Made by a program: the position numbers and the translations under genes. Shown piece after piece: positions 9,150 to 18,737 of a DNA stretch of 64,000 nt. Origin of the DNA: Candidatus Latescibacterota bacterium (GTDB taxonomy: Bacteria > Latescibacterota > UBA2968). The stretch covers positions 5,344,001-5,408,000 of the forward strand of contig OZ242320.1 of assembly GCA_965208125.1 (NCBI GenBank). The letters run 5' to 3'. Below the pieces are notes generated by a model. It saw only the letters and a program-made list of their open reading frames with translations. It searched no databases and was not told where the DNA came from. Each line of letters opens with the position of its first letter. Position 1 is the stretch's first letter.

Positions 9150-11096
9150 TCAAAATACATGCACCACATGCCCCTGTCCCGGAAACCAGACCATATCCAC
9201 CACAAAAGACAGCGTTACTGCCAGGGCATATCCAACCAACAGACCGATAAAAAAAGGCTGCCACTGGCGGTACAACACCATCCCCCCTCCCTTTAGCAAC
9301 AACCCCTTGATCGCCCAAACCAGAAAGGCTGAAAACGCCAGTTCTCGTGTAAAATTAGTGCCGGGAATGGTCAGCCCGATCGGGTGAAGCGGCCACCTCG
9401 GAAACCGGTAACGCAAAAAACTCAGCAGTCCCATCAGCGCGGCACCAATTCCGAACAACATCAGTCGAGTACTGTCCGTACCCTGTGGTGTCTTCATCTT
9501 GGCAACTGCCGCATTAAACGCCGCTTTGTTCCCACTTCGATAGGGCCACACATCAAAATGATAGGCTCCGTGGACATAGGCCAGATGAAGCGTTAATACA
9601 AGCGACACCACTGCACTCAGCGCCAGACCAAATACCACGGCCCAGAGCAGAAGGCGTCGATTGCCACGCACAAAATCTGCCAGCCGAGCTCCGTGTACCA
9701 ACCCGGGCATAAACAGTCCCCGGTAGGAAACCAGCGCATAGGAAAATGCCAATGCCGTCATCGTCGCCCCCGACAGAGTACGCGTACCCAGAGTAGCCAT
9801 CGTAAAAGCCTGACCGCTCAATGGGGTGCGCACATAAATCAGCCCTGTCTCCGCCACGATCTTGGCTACTCCCACATACGTCACCAGCGTTGCTAAAACA
9901 CACAGAATGGCTGCACCATAGGCCATCCCCGCCGCGTGTAGCCACAACACCAGATAACCCAGTCCTATAAACATCCCCCATACCGCCGCCCGGTAGCCCA
10001 TCATCTCGTCCGAATCTCCGGCGTTCCGATCCCCTCTAAAAGCACTGCGGAATGCGGCGTAAAAGTGCCTCCGGGCCATCCACAATCCCCAGCCCACAAA
10101 TACGGTCAACGCCCCGAATCCCTCCCAGCCAGCCACCTCGTATGACGAGCCCCAACTATCGGAAATCTTCAAATCAAATCCCAGCCGTCTTAAGATACCC
10201 ACCTGGAATACATTCAACACATAAAAAAACCAGACGCTAAACAACACTTCCAGATTGGCAAAATACACAAACCCGATCGTGAACAGATTGAGCTTGATCC
10301 GGATTCCAGGAAAATTGCGGCCCAGTGGTAGTGACGTTCCAGACCGGTAACTGCCCGTGGGAAATTTAGGCACCCCAGGATAAAAATACGACAGGATGTT
10401 CCAGGCAATCATCCCAAATCCCGTCACAGCGCCCGCCCAGAACAGCCTTCCCCCAATCATCCGTATCCCGTGTTTCGGTGCCGAGACCAGATCTACCGCT
10501 ACATTTGCCAGCGGATAGACCAATCGCTCGTGATCCACCCACTGCCGCCGCAACAAAACCGCCAGACAAATCGATACACACGCCGCTGCACCGATAAAAC
10601 TCAGCCACCAGAGCAGTGGTAAAACCCACTCTCCCCACGGCACAGCCTGTCCGGGCGGCAATCCCTCAAAAAACCATGTCATTGCCCGCCCGTCTTCCGA
10701 GGGCGCCATCCACGGTCTGATGTGATTGTGCAGATAAGGCGCCCACCCATTCTCCGGCGTAGCAAAATAAAATGGTGCCGCAAGAATCCCCAACAAATAT
10801 CCCGGTAGTCCGTCCGCCGCCGGAATCACTGCACTGGCCAACCCCATCGTCAATGCCACCAGCAAATCCGAACGCCCGAATGCCCACTCGGGTTTCTGCG
10901 CTTTGAGCACCGGATTCACAATCAGGACACACAGTACAAAGGGGACAAATAGGGCCAGCGCAAAATTACTCATGTTCAACCGGGAGGCCCGCACAATAAA
11001 CTCAGAATAAGTAGCCCAAACGCTCACCAGCACCACAAAAAACGCCCCCAGTACCACCGCACGAACCTTAAACTGATCGTCTCGCACCTGCCCCAT
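9150..11096 (-). CDS. DUF6785/DUF6784-like polytopic membrane protein (putative transporter), copy 1
   Basis: 648 aa, about 16 TM segments, QWVDHERLVYPL and RFPRWPLHPIG motifs shared with two paralogs in the window. Confidence 0.7.
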   Translation of the reverse strand: MGQVRDDQFKVRAVVLGAFFVVLVSVWATYSEFIVRASRLNMSNFALALFVPFVLCVLIVNPVLKAQKPEWAFGRSDLLVALTMGLASAVIPAADGLPGYLLGILAAPFYFATPENGWAPYLHNHIRPWMAPSEDGRAMTWFFEGLPPGQAVPWGEWVLPLLWWLSFIGAAACVSICLAVLLRRQWVDHERLVYPLANVAVDLVSAPKHGIRMIGGRLFWAGAVTGFGMIAWNILSYFYPGVPKFPTGSYRSGTSLPLGRNFPGIRIKLNLFTIGFVYFANLEVLFSVWFFYVLNVFQVGILRRLGFDLKISDSWGSSYEVAGWEGFGALTVFVGWGLWMARRHFYAAFRSAFRGDRNAGDSDEMMGYRAAVWGMFIGLGYLVLWLHAAGMAYGAAILCVLATLVTYVGVAKIVAETGLIYVRTPLSGQAFTMATLGTRTLSGATMTALAFSYALVSYRGLFMPGLVHGARLADFVRGNRRLLLWAVVFGLALSAVVSLVLTLHLAYVHGAYHFDVWPYRSGNKAAFNAAVAKMKTPQGTDSTRLMLFGIGAALMGLLSFLRYRFPRWPLHPIGLTIPGTNFTRELAFSAFLVWAIKGLLLKGGGMVLYRQWQPFFIGLLVGYALAVTLSFVVDMVWFPGQGHVVHVF

Positions 11097-13232
11097 TTAT
11101 TTTACCTCAATGCCCCTCAACGCCTCAATTCGCCAGCCAAATTCCTCCTCCAATTCTTTTGTCCATCCCCGCTTTAGAAACGCAATCTGCCCCTCCCTGT
11201 TGAGAAACCAGGTTGTGGGAAAGCCCTGAATACCTGCTTTATTCACATATCCATCATCGAGCAAAACCGGAAACGTGTAACCCTTTTTCTCCATCCACGG
11301 CGGTACCGACTCTGGAATGCGATCATTATTAATCGTCAAAATCGCCACATCTGGATCGTCCTTATAATGCTCGTACAAACTCTGAAACTCCGGCATCTCT
11401 TTCACACACCAGCCACACCATATCCCCCAGAAATTGATCGCCACGACTTTGCCCTTCAAAGAAGACAGTGATACTTGTGTACCTTTTAATGTCTTCAAAT
11501 TAAACGCAAGAGGAGATTCTGGAGCCTCCATCCGGGCAGATAGGACCTCCTGTTTTCGCGTCTCTCGATCTGTGGCTATTAAAGGTTTTAAGTAATCTTC
11601 GTACCCATCCAAACTCCCGTGTCGCTTCAAATAGAGTGACTTTAGAGCCTGGTCATTGGGATTTTCACCTGGCGATAGAATGACTATACCCATTTTATAA
11701 AATATTTCCGCCTGATCGAAATTGTCCATCGCCTCGTAAACCTGACCCAAATGGTAAAGTGTGCCCTCATCTTTGGGATTCAGTTCATAGGCACGCATCA
11801 ATTCTCGCTCGGCATCTTCCAAACGCCCTTCCTGAAAAAACACCCATCCGAGGGCATCCGCCATCAACCCGGTCATCCAGTTTATGTCTTGTTGATACTC
11901 TTCTTCTGAGTCGTAGTACTTCCTCTGATCTTTCAGAAATTCCTGCGCTGCCACAACACCATCCCGGGCAATCTGCTCAGCCTCTCGATAATACGACGTG
12001 CGTTCCGCCAGCGTCATCGCACCTCTTGGAAATATGAGATGCGGGTTGAGGTTCTCATATTTAACCATACCCTGCACCACATCCAAGAGTTCTTCTGCCG
12101 ATACCGTAGAATCCTCCCGAATAGAATAGAAAAGATTCAGATATGCATCTCCCAGCAGTCGATCATTATGGTGTCGGGACCGCGCGATAAACGCCCGCAA
12201 CAAGTTTCGATACGCCTCCTCTTGCTCGAGATCCTGGAAATCTTCTTCACCAGCATCCTCCTCCATCGCGCGATAGCGATACACCAGCACCCATTCCGCC
12301 TCTGCACTTTCGCCATAGGTACTGAGGATGCGGTCCCCAACCATTTTTTTCTTTTCCTCGAGTTCCAGACTTCGATAGGCATTGTACAATGCCAGCAAAG
12401 AAGCCGCATCTCCCCCACGCGCATTTACAAACATATCGGCATCAGCTTCTATCTCTGCAATTTTCTCTGATAAAGGTTTATTCTTGAGTCGCTGAATCAT
12501 TTGCCAGAATCGCTGATGTACTTTTGCATCTGTGAGTGCCAGTTGGGCCGCTTTTTGGTATAGCGGATAGGCTTCATCATAACGACGCATCACAGTCAGA
12601 TAATAAGCCGGTCGATAATAGGCATTTGCATTGCCGGGATCGGCTTTGCGCGCTTCTGCAAACGCCTTTAGACAAGCCTCAAACTTTTCCGTGTTTTTTC
12701 CTCTCTCAGAAGTATAGTACAGGGCATTTCCCTTAACGACCAGAAGCCTGGCTGGATTCTCGACTCGCATTTTATACTCATCCACAAAGGTAATCGCATC
12801 CTCTTTATTGCTTCCATACAGCACATCCGCTCTCGTATTTATGACATCCGCATGGTCGGGTAACATCTCCATGGCTTTTTCACTGGCTAAAAGAGCCTCA
12901 TCCATGCGCTCTTTACCAAGTCGATCAAGTGCGCTCGCAAGCGCGACCCAACCCCACGCGCTATTTTCAGGAGATGCGACCATCTCTTCAGCGGCGGCAA
13001 CTGCTTCCGCTTTATTCTCCGCTGCCATGTGATGGATAAACCACGCGCGCAGATGCAAATTATCCGGAAACCGCTCAACCAGTTTTTTCCCCTCGACATA
13101 TCCATCTTTATGATTCCGTATTATTCGCAGAGATCTCAACCTCGCAATCGCCTCTTCTGCTGTATCTTGCCCTTGAATGGGAATTGGACACAAACAAAGA
13201 AATAGAAGATATAGGCCCCATCGATTGATCAT
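11097..13232 (-). CDS. Exported TPR-repeat protein with C-terminal TlpA/redoxin (thioredoxin-fold) domain
   Basis: Signal peptide, multiple TPRs, NFWGIWCGWCVKEMP (CxxC) and GFPTT cis-Pro loop. Confidence 0.85.
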   Translation of the reverse strand: MINRWGLYLLFLCLCPIPIQGQDTAEEAIARLRSLRIIRNHKDGYVEGKKLVERFPDNLHLRAWFIHHMAAENKAEAVAAAEEMVASPENSAWGWVALASALDRLGKERMDEALLASEKAMEMLPDHADVINTRADVLYGSNKEDAITFVDEYKMRVENPARLLVVKGNALYYTSERGKNTEKFEACLKAFAEARKADPGNANAYYRPAYYLTVMRRYDEAYPLYQKAAQLALTDAKVHQRFWQMIQRLKNKPLSEKIAEIEADADMFVNARGGDAASLLALYNAYRSLELEEKKKMVGDRILSTYGESAEAEWVLVYRYRAMEEDAGEEDFQDLEQEEAYRNLLRAFIARSRHHNDRLLGDAYLNLFYSIREDSTVSAEELLDVVQGMVKYENLNPHLIFPRGAMTLAERTSYYREAEQIARDGVVAAQEFLKDQRKYYDSEEEYQQDINWMTGLMADALGWVFFQEGRLEDAERELMRAYELNPKDEGTLYHLGQVYEAMDNFDQAEIFYKMGIVILSPGENPNDQALKSLYLKRHGSLDGYEDYLKPLIATDRETRKQEVLSARMEAPESPLAFNLKTLKGTQVSLSSLKGKVVAINFWGIWCGWCVKEMPEFQSLYEHYKDDPDVAILTINNDRIPESVPPWMEKKGYTFPVLLDDGYVNKAGIQGFPTTWFLNREGQIAFLKRGWTKELEEEFGWRIEALRGIEVK

Positions 13233-13271
13233 AATACACCTCCTTGAATGACTTCTGCAACACCATCACCG

Positions 13272-14234
13272 CTACTCGGTTTGTCTCGGCGACCAGCGAG
13301 GCGCAGAGACCTCCATATCCACAGAAACTTCATGCAAATCTGTGCCATCGACATTCATCATCATCAACCTGTGTTCCAGGCCATCCTGTCCCTCAAGGGT
13401 TCGCCGCACTTCAAAAGCAATCCTCTGACCGTCAGGAGACCAGGTAGGAGAAACAAAAGCCACTGTGGAATTTGCCTCCCGGGTCAACCGTCGCACCATA
13501 GCCCCATTGGAATTCATAGTATAAATCTCGCATTCTGGAAACTGATTCCGCACCTGTGGTTGATGTCGATTTGACGCAAATGCAATGCGCGTTCCATCAG
13601 GTGACCAGGCCGGGTGAATATTCTGAACACCATTAAAATCCGTAAGCCTGATCTGGTTAGAACCATCTGAATCCATAAGAAAAATGTCGATATTTTGCCC
13701 TTGAAGCGATTGAAAAGCAATCCTGCGCCCATCGGGTGACCAGTCCGGTGCTTCATCACTACTGGGAGAATTTGTCAGATTTTGCAATCCTGTACCATTG
13801 AGGTTGACTGTATAGATATCCCATCTATCTCTATTATCCTTCTGCGCCTGAAAAGCGATCTGTCCACCATCGGGAGACCAGACTGGACCGAGGTCGGGAC
13901 CGGGCAAATCGACCACCTTCTGTATGTCCCCATCCTCCAGGTTAAAAATATAAATAGCGTAATTTCCCACGGCATCCCGGTTTGAAGCAAATGCAATGCG
14001 CCGCGCATTCGGAGACCAGGAGGGATTGGTATAGCCTCCCTGCTCGCTCGTAAGCCTCATCAAACCTTCGCCATCGGGACGCATCACAAAAATTTTGAAT
14101 GTCCTGAAATCTCCCGGTCCCACAAACGCAATGCGGCCCTCAACAGTTGAATAATCGGAATCCAGCAGACCGGTGTTCCCTGCACAATGAAGCAGGGGAA
14201 AAAACAGAAGATACAATATCCACTGATTCCTCAT
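13272..14234 (-). CDS. TolB-like PD40/WD40 beta-propeller lipoprotein
   Basis: Lipobox-like LLHC and five PxWSPDGxxIAF-type repeats. Confidence 0.85.
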   Translation of the reverse strand: MRNQWILYLLFFPLLHCAGNTGLLDSDYSTVEGRIAFVGPGDFRTFKIFVMRPDGEGLMRLTSEQGGYTNPSWSPNARRIAFASNRDAVGNYAIYIFNLEDGDIQKVVDLPGPDLGPVWSPDGGQIAFQAQKDNRDRWDIYTVNLNGTGLQNLTNSPSSDEAPDWSPDGRRIAFQSLQGQNIDIFLMDSDGSNQIRLTDFNGVQNIHPAWSPDGTRIAFASNRHQPQVRNQFPECEIYTMNSNGAMVRRLTREANSTVAFVSPTWSPDGQRIAFEVRRTLEGQDGLEHRLMMMNVDGTDLHEVSVDMEVSAPRWSPRQTE

Positions 14235-14258
14235 AGCACACCTCCTGCGCGGCTGATG

Positions 14259-15563
14259 CTATGCTGGCGCGCCATACACCAGAATTTTCCGCCGGTCGTA
14301 AATCAGCACCTCATCTCTTCCATCCCCATCCAGATCCAACACCATTGCGCCATATCCGATCCCATAATCATAAGCCCGAAATCCCCGAATGCGCTGTTTG
14401 GGCTGTTTGAAATCCTCTCGAAAGGGAAATTCCATCACCCGGTTGCCGTCTCCATCCATCAAAAACGGCCAGTAAAGATGTGTATCTTCCGGCTCGCTAT
14501 GGTATGGCACATCCTCCTGTTGCTTCTTTAAAGCCGGGGCATAAATCACCAGATCCAGTCCGTCATCCCGCCAGCCGCGCGCAGCGTGTTGCGCGTATCC
14601 CACACCGGACTTTTGCCACAGTGCCTGTCCATCGGGTGTATAACACGTCATCCCAATCCACTTTTCGTTCAAAATCATCGTCTGCCCATCTATATCACTG
14701 CGAAAACGCCCCACCGTCGTATTCTGCGAATGCTCATGAGGCCGTCTCCATATCACCTCGCCCTGCGTATTCGCCACAAAAAAATCCCGGCTACCCGAAT
14801 ACGCAATCTCAATCTCCCCATCCCCATTGAGATCCACCGGATTGATATTGTCTGCATGCTCTGCCGTGGCATTTTCCACTGGAATCGACCACAACAAAGT
14901 CCCGTCGCTATCTACCAGATTATACCCGATCAACATCTCGTCACACCCATCGCCATCCACATCAATCAACACCGGCGCATGCCCTGCCCCGTGATAATGC
15001 GGCGTCATCCACAACTCCGACAAATCGCTATCCAGAACATAAGTCGGATTGCCGTATTCATAAGGCGGATAAGCACCATCATTGACTTTCACAACCAATT
15101 GCTGCCGCGTCGAATCGCCCTTCAAATTCCCGGCCTTCACCTGGGCAAAATTATCTGTCGGCAACTTCTTCTCCGCCTGCACCTCGCCCGTTTCCCCGTC
15201 AAAAACCGTCAGCACATCCCACACAATCGAAACCACCTCCGCCTTCCCATCGCCATCCACATCAGCAGTGATAAAATCGTTGCCCCCATGCGCGCAGTAA
15301 GGATCTGCTCCCCGATGCGGCTCGCCCACCTGCCACAGTTGATTGCCCTCCTGGTCAATCGCCGTAATGCAGAACAAATGACGTTCCTCATCCGTATTCC
15401 ATCCCCGCTCAATATAGAGATCCGACTTCAACTGCCCCGGACTCTGCCGCAACAAAAACTCCATCTCTCCATCACCATTCACATCCGCCACAACCATCTG
15501 CCCGCCAATACCTTCCACATCCAGTTCCCACAGCAACCGCGCCTCTCTCCGTGCATCACCCAT
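14259..15563 (-). CDS. FG-GAP beta-propeller protein, rhamnogalacturonan lyase (PL11)-like
   Basis: DVNGDG/DVDGDG repeats, GAGHAP, EHAD and HSQ...GRFRSD motifs. No signal peptide. Confidence 0.6.
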   Translation of the reverse strand: MGDARREARLLWELDVEGIGGQMVVADVNGDGEMEFLLRQSPGQLKSDLYIERGWNTDEERHLFCITAIDQEGNQLWQVGEPHRGADPYCAHGGNDFITADVDGDGKAEVVSIVWDVLTVFDGETGEVQAEKKLPTDNFAQVKAGNLKGDSTRQQLVVKVNDGAYPPYEYGNPTYVLDSDLSELWMTPHYHGAGHAPVLIDVDGDGCDEMLIGYNLVDSDGTLLWSIPVENATAEHADNINPVDLNGDGEIEIAYSGSRDFFVANTQGEVIWRRPHEHSQNTTVGRFRSDIDGQTMILNEKWIGMTCYTPDGQALWQKSGVGYAQHAARGWRDDGLDLVIYAPALKKQQEDVPYHSEPEDTHLYWPFLMDGDGNRVMEFPFREDFKQPKQRIRGFRAYDYGIGYGAMVLDLDGDGRDEVLIYDRRKILVYGAPA

Positions 15564-15584
15564 ACTCGGCCTCCTTTAAATACA

Positions 15585-17195
15585 TCAATTCTCTTCCACA
15601 ACCACAACGCGGTCCACCCCAACATCTTCCAACACCTGCACGCGCCCACTCACCCAGCGCACCTCAATTCGATCCACGCGACGCGCATTGCCCAGCCCAA
15701 AATGCAGCCGCAAATCGCTCGCCGACAAATAGCTTGATTGGCTCCGAACCTCGCGCACCTGGATCTTACCCCCCGCGCTCACATGCACCACTGCCCCAAT
15801 CCCATCCCTATTTGAAAATCCACTTCTCGCTTCCCGCATCCCCCCCACCAGTTTTACAACGATCCAGTGTCCCGCGTCCCTACCCTCATTGCGGAACACC
15901 CGCGCACGCTTTCCCGAATGCAACACCACCAGATCCAGATCGCCATCTCCATCCAGATCGCCAACCGCCGACCCGCGACTCACCCCCGGCACCTCAACAC
16001 CCGCATTGACCACCTCAAATCGCCCATCTACATTGCGAAATATTTGATCCGCCTGTGAATAGGACTCAGCCCTGGAAAACGCCTGTACATTCGGAAAAAT
16101 ATGCCCATTTGCCACAAACAGATCCAGATCACCATCGTTGTCATAATCAAAAAAATGAGTGCCAAATCCCAGAGGCAGCAGAGACGCTCCGGCAATTCCG
16201 GTTGACACACTTTCCTCCATAAAAAACCCGCCCGCCGAACGCTGATAAATCGCATTGGTCTCGTAGGAGAAATTCGTCACAAAAATATCTGATCGCCCGT
16301 CCCCATCCACATCCCCCACATCGACCCCCATACCCGCCTGCGTCCGGCCCTGCACATTAAACGCCACACCCGCCTCTACACCCACATTCTCAAACCGTCC
16401 GCCCGTGTTGCGGTACAAAAAATTTGGCGTCGTATCATTTGCCACATAGAGATCGGTATCCCCATCCCCATCGTAATCCAAACTCACCACCCCAAGCCCC
16501 TTGCCCGAAGAATCCGCCACACCCGCCTCAAAGGACACATCTGTAAATAGCCCATTCCCCTCATTCCGATAAAGCAAATCCGGCGCACCCTCAAAATAGC
16601 CCGGATCGCAATACGTGCGAACGCCCACCCGTTCACAATGCGGGTCGGTTTCCACACGATATGTCAAATAGCGCACCACATACAAATCCAGATCGCCATC
16701 CCCATCCGCGTCAAAAAAAGTGGCACCAGCAGACCATCCACCGCCCTCCACACCTGCCTTCTTTTCCACAAAACCGCCACGACCATCATTCTGATACAGC
16801 ACATTGGCACCATAACCCGTCGTATAAAGATCGAGATCGCCATCGTTGTCATAGTCCCCAACCGTACACCCCATCCCATACCCCCCACCCGGCGCACCTG
16901 GTACAGCAGTAAAGCGAAATCCGCCATCGTTTCGATAAAGCGCGTTCTCGCCACCCGCCGGCCCGTGTTTTCCATTGACAAAATACAAATCCAGATCGCC
17001 ATCCCCATCCGCATCAAACATTGCACAGCCCGACCCCATGGTCTCTAAATAATGCCAATTCCCCCGCGCGCCGGTCCGATGCACAAACGAGACACCAGAC
17101 GCTTCTGAGACCTCCACAAATTGCTCTGCGGCAACAGAACCTGAACTTAAAAGCAAAAAAAGAATGCCAATGACTCTAATCACTAATACTCCCAT
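15585..17195 (-). CDS. CRTAC1-family FG-GAP/ASPIC-UnbV protein (second copy)
   Basis: Start trimmed to ATG 17195 (GTG 17183 is also possible). Signal peptide, ETMGSGC, DxDGDGD repeats, SNRDGIGA...LHFGLG...VRWVSG. Confidence 0.88.
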   Translation of the reverse strand: MGVLVIRVIGILFLLLSSGSVAAEQFVEVSEASGVSFVHRTGARGNWHYLETMGSGCAMFDADGDGDLDLYFVNGKHGPAGGENALYRNDGGFRFTAVPGAPGGGYGMGCTVGDYDNDGDLDLYTTGYGANVLYQNDGRGGFVEKKAGVEGGGWSAGATFFDADGDGDLDLYVVRYLTYRVETDPHCERVGVRTYCDPGYFEGAPDLLYRNEGNGLFTDVSFEAGVADSSGKGLGVVSLDYDGDGDTDLYVANDTTPNFLYRNTGGRFENVGVEAGVAFNVQGRTQAGMGVDVGDVDGDGRSDIFVTNFSYETNAIYQRSAGGFFMEESVSTGIAGASLLPLGFGTHFFDYDNDGDLDLFVANGHIFPNVQAFSRAESYSQADQIFRNVDGRFEVVNAGVEVPGVSRGSAVGDLDGDGDLDLVVLHSGKRARVFRNEGRDAGHWIVVKLVGGMREARSGFSNRDGIGAVVHVSAGGKIQVREVRSQSSYLSASDLRLHFGLGNARRVDRIEVRWVSGRVQVLEDVGVDRVVVVEEN

Positions 17196-17226
17196 CCATC
17201 TGCGTTTATCTGCGAAAACGCTCAAA

Positions 17227-18729
17227 TTATTCGCGTTTTTTTTCTGTGGATGCTTTTGCCGCCATTGCCTCGGCCTCTGCTTTCCGCCCTGCCCGACCGT
17301 AGAGAATTGACAACTGGAGATATAACTCGCGCGGATCCTCTGCTCCTTCAATCACCTGGTCATACAACGCCCTTGCCGCGTCCATATCTCCCGCCACCGC
17401 ATGTGCCACACCCAATCGCACCAGCAACCCCGCAGAATACGCAATCTGATCTGCCTTGATCTGATATGTCGAGATACACTTATTCAGATGTCCCGTATTC
17501 GCCTGTGCCTGACTGATCTGATAGTAAATATAGAACGCGGCATAGGCAATCGGATCCATCGCCACAATCCGCTCATACCCCTCTACCACATCACGCGACA
17601 ACCCATCGGCACACAAAAACATATCTGCCTTGCGTCTCAATGCCTCATCGGATACCATACCCCCTTCACCCAGCGCAAAAGCCGCATCATAAGACTGCCG
17701 CGCCCGATCTACATCTCCCAATGCCTGATAGGACAGCCCCAGAGCCAGATAGACCACGGGAACCTCCGGACTAAACCGCCATGGCAAATCCGGATCTTCC
17801 ACCAGAGTGACCGCTTCCCGGTAAACCTCTATTGCCTTCTCGTGCTGCCCCAGCCTCACAAACCTATCTGCAAAATCCAGTAAATCAGCTATCTTATCAA
17901 ATCTCACGGGAAACACATACTGATCTCGAACCGCGTGCCGGTGGCGTTTGTCAAAAAATTTAAACGTCTCCCACTCTTGTCGCGCCAACAGCGAATCGCC
18001 CAAATTTCGATACGCCTGTGCCAGTCCATAATGGGGTTTGGGATCTTCAAAATCGATTTCCGTCGCCCGTTTGTATGCTGATGCAGCAGATGCATAATCG
18101 CCCTGCATCAGCAGAATTTTTCCCACCTCTAAATGCGCCTCTTTGCGATCCGAAAACATATGGACAGCCTTTTGAAACGCCTCCAGCGCCTCGTCGTAAC
18201 GCTCCTGTTTAACAAGTGCAAGACCATATCCGTAAACCGCCAGATCATCCGTTGGATCCCGCTCCAAAACAGCCCTAAACGCCTCTTCCGAATCGGAATA
18301 CACCCCTGCCAATTCAGCTACAAAACCCAGATTGCGGTAAAAGAGTGTCGCATCGGGTTCTATCGCAATCGCCTGCTCAAATGCTTCAATCGCCGGACTG
18401 TAATTTCGCTGAAAAAAATACACAAATCCCAGATCGTTGTGCGCTCCCGCATCCTCTATTTTCAGATGGATGGCCCGTCGCAAATTCTCTCCCACCTCGC
18501 GCAGATCGCCCTGCCGCGTCACAATCTGGAGCCATCCCAAAAATCGGTACGCATCCGCCGCTGTCGAATCGGCTGCGATCACATCCTCACACCGCATCAT
18601 TGCCCCGTAATAATTGCCCTTGATAATATCGACCAGCACCGAGTCCATCTCCGATGGCTCAACTGCCCCAACATTTGGAACAAAAAGCATCCACATAGCC
18701 AGAGTGTAACCAAACCTTTTCAAAATCAC
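17227..18729 (-). CDS. Exported TPR-repeat protein
   Basis: GTG 18729 with GAGGAGG RBS, signal peptide, many TPR motifs (AHNDLGFVYF, AHLEVGKILL). Confidence 0.8.
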   Translation of the reverse strand: MILKRFGYTLAMWMLFVPNVGAVEPSEMDSVLVDIIKGNYYGAMMRCEDVIAADSTAADAYRFLGWLQIVTRQGDLREVGENLRRAIHLKIEDAGAHNDLGFVYFFQRNYSPAIEAFEQAIAIEPDATLFYRNLGFVAELAGVYSDSEEAFRAVLERDPTDDLAVYGYGLALVKQERYDEALEAFQKAVHMFSDRKEAHLEVGKILLMQGDYASAASAYKRATEIDFEDPKPHYGLAQAYRNLGDSLLARQEWETFKFFDKRHRHAVRDQYVFPVRFDKIADLLDFADRFVRLGQHEKAIEVYREAVTLVEDPDLPWRFSPEVPVVYLALGLSYQALGDVDRARQSYDAAFALGEGGMVSDEALRRKADMFLCADGLSRDVVEGYERIVAMDPIAYAAFYIYYQISQAQANTGHLNKCISTYQIKADQIAYSAGLLVRLGVAHAVAGDMDAARALYDQVIEGAEDPRELYLQLSILYGRAGRKAEAEAMAAKASTEKKRE

Positions 18730-18737
18730 CAACCTCC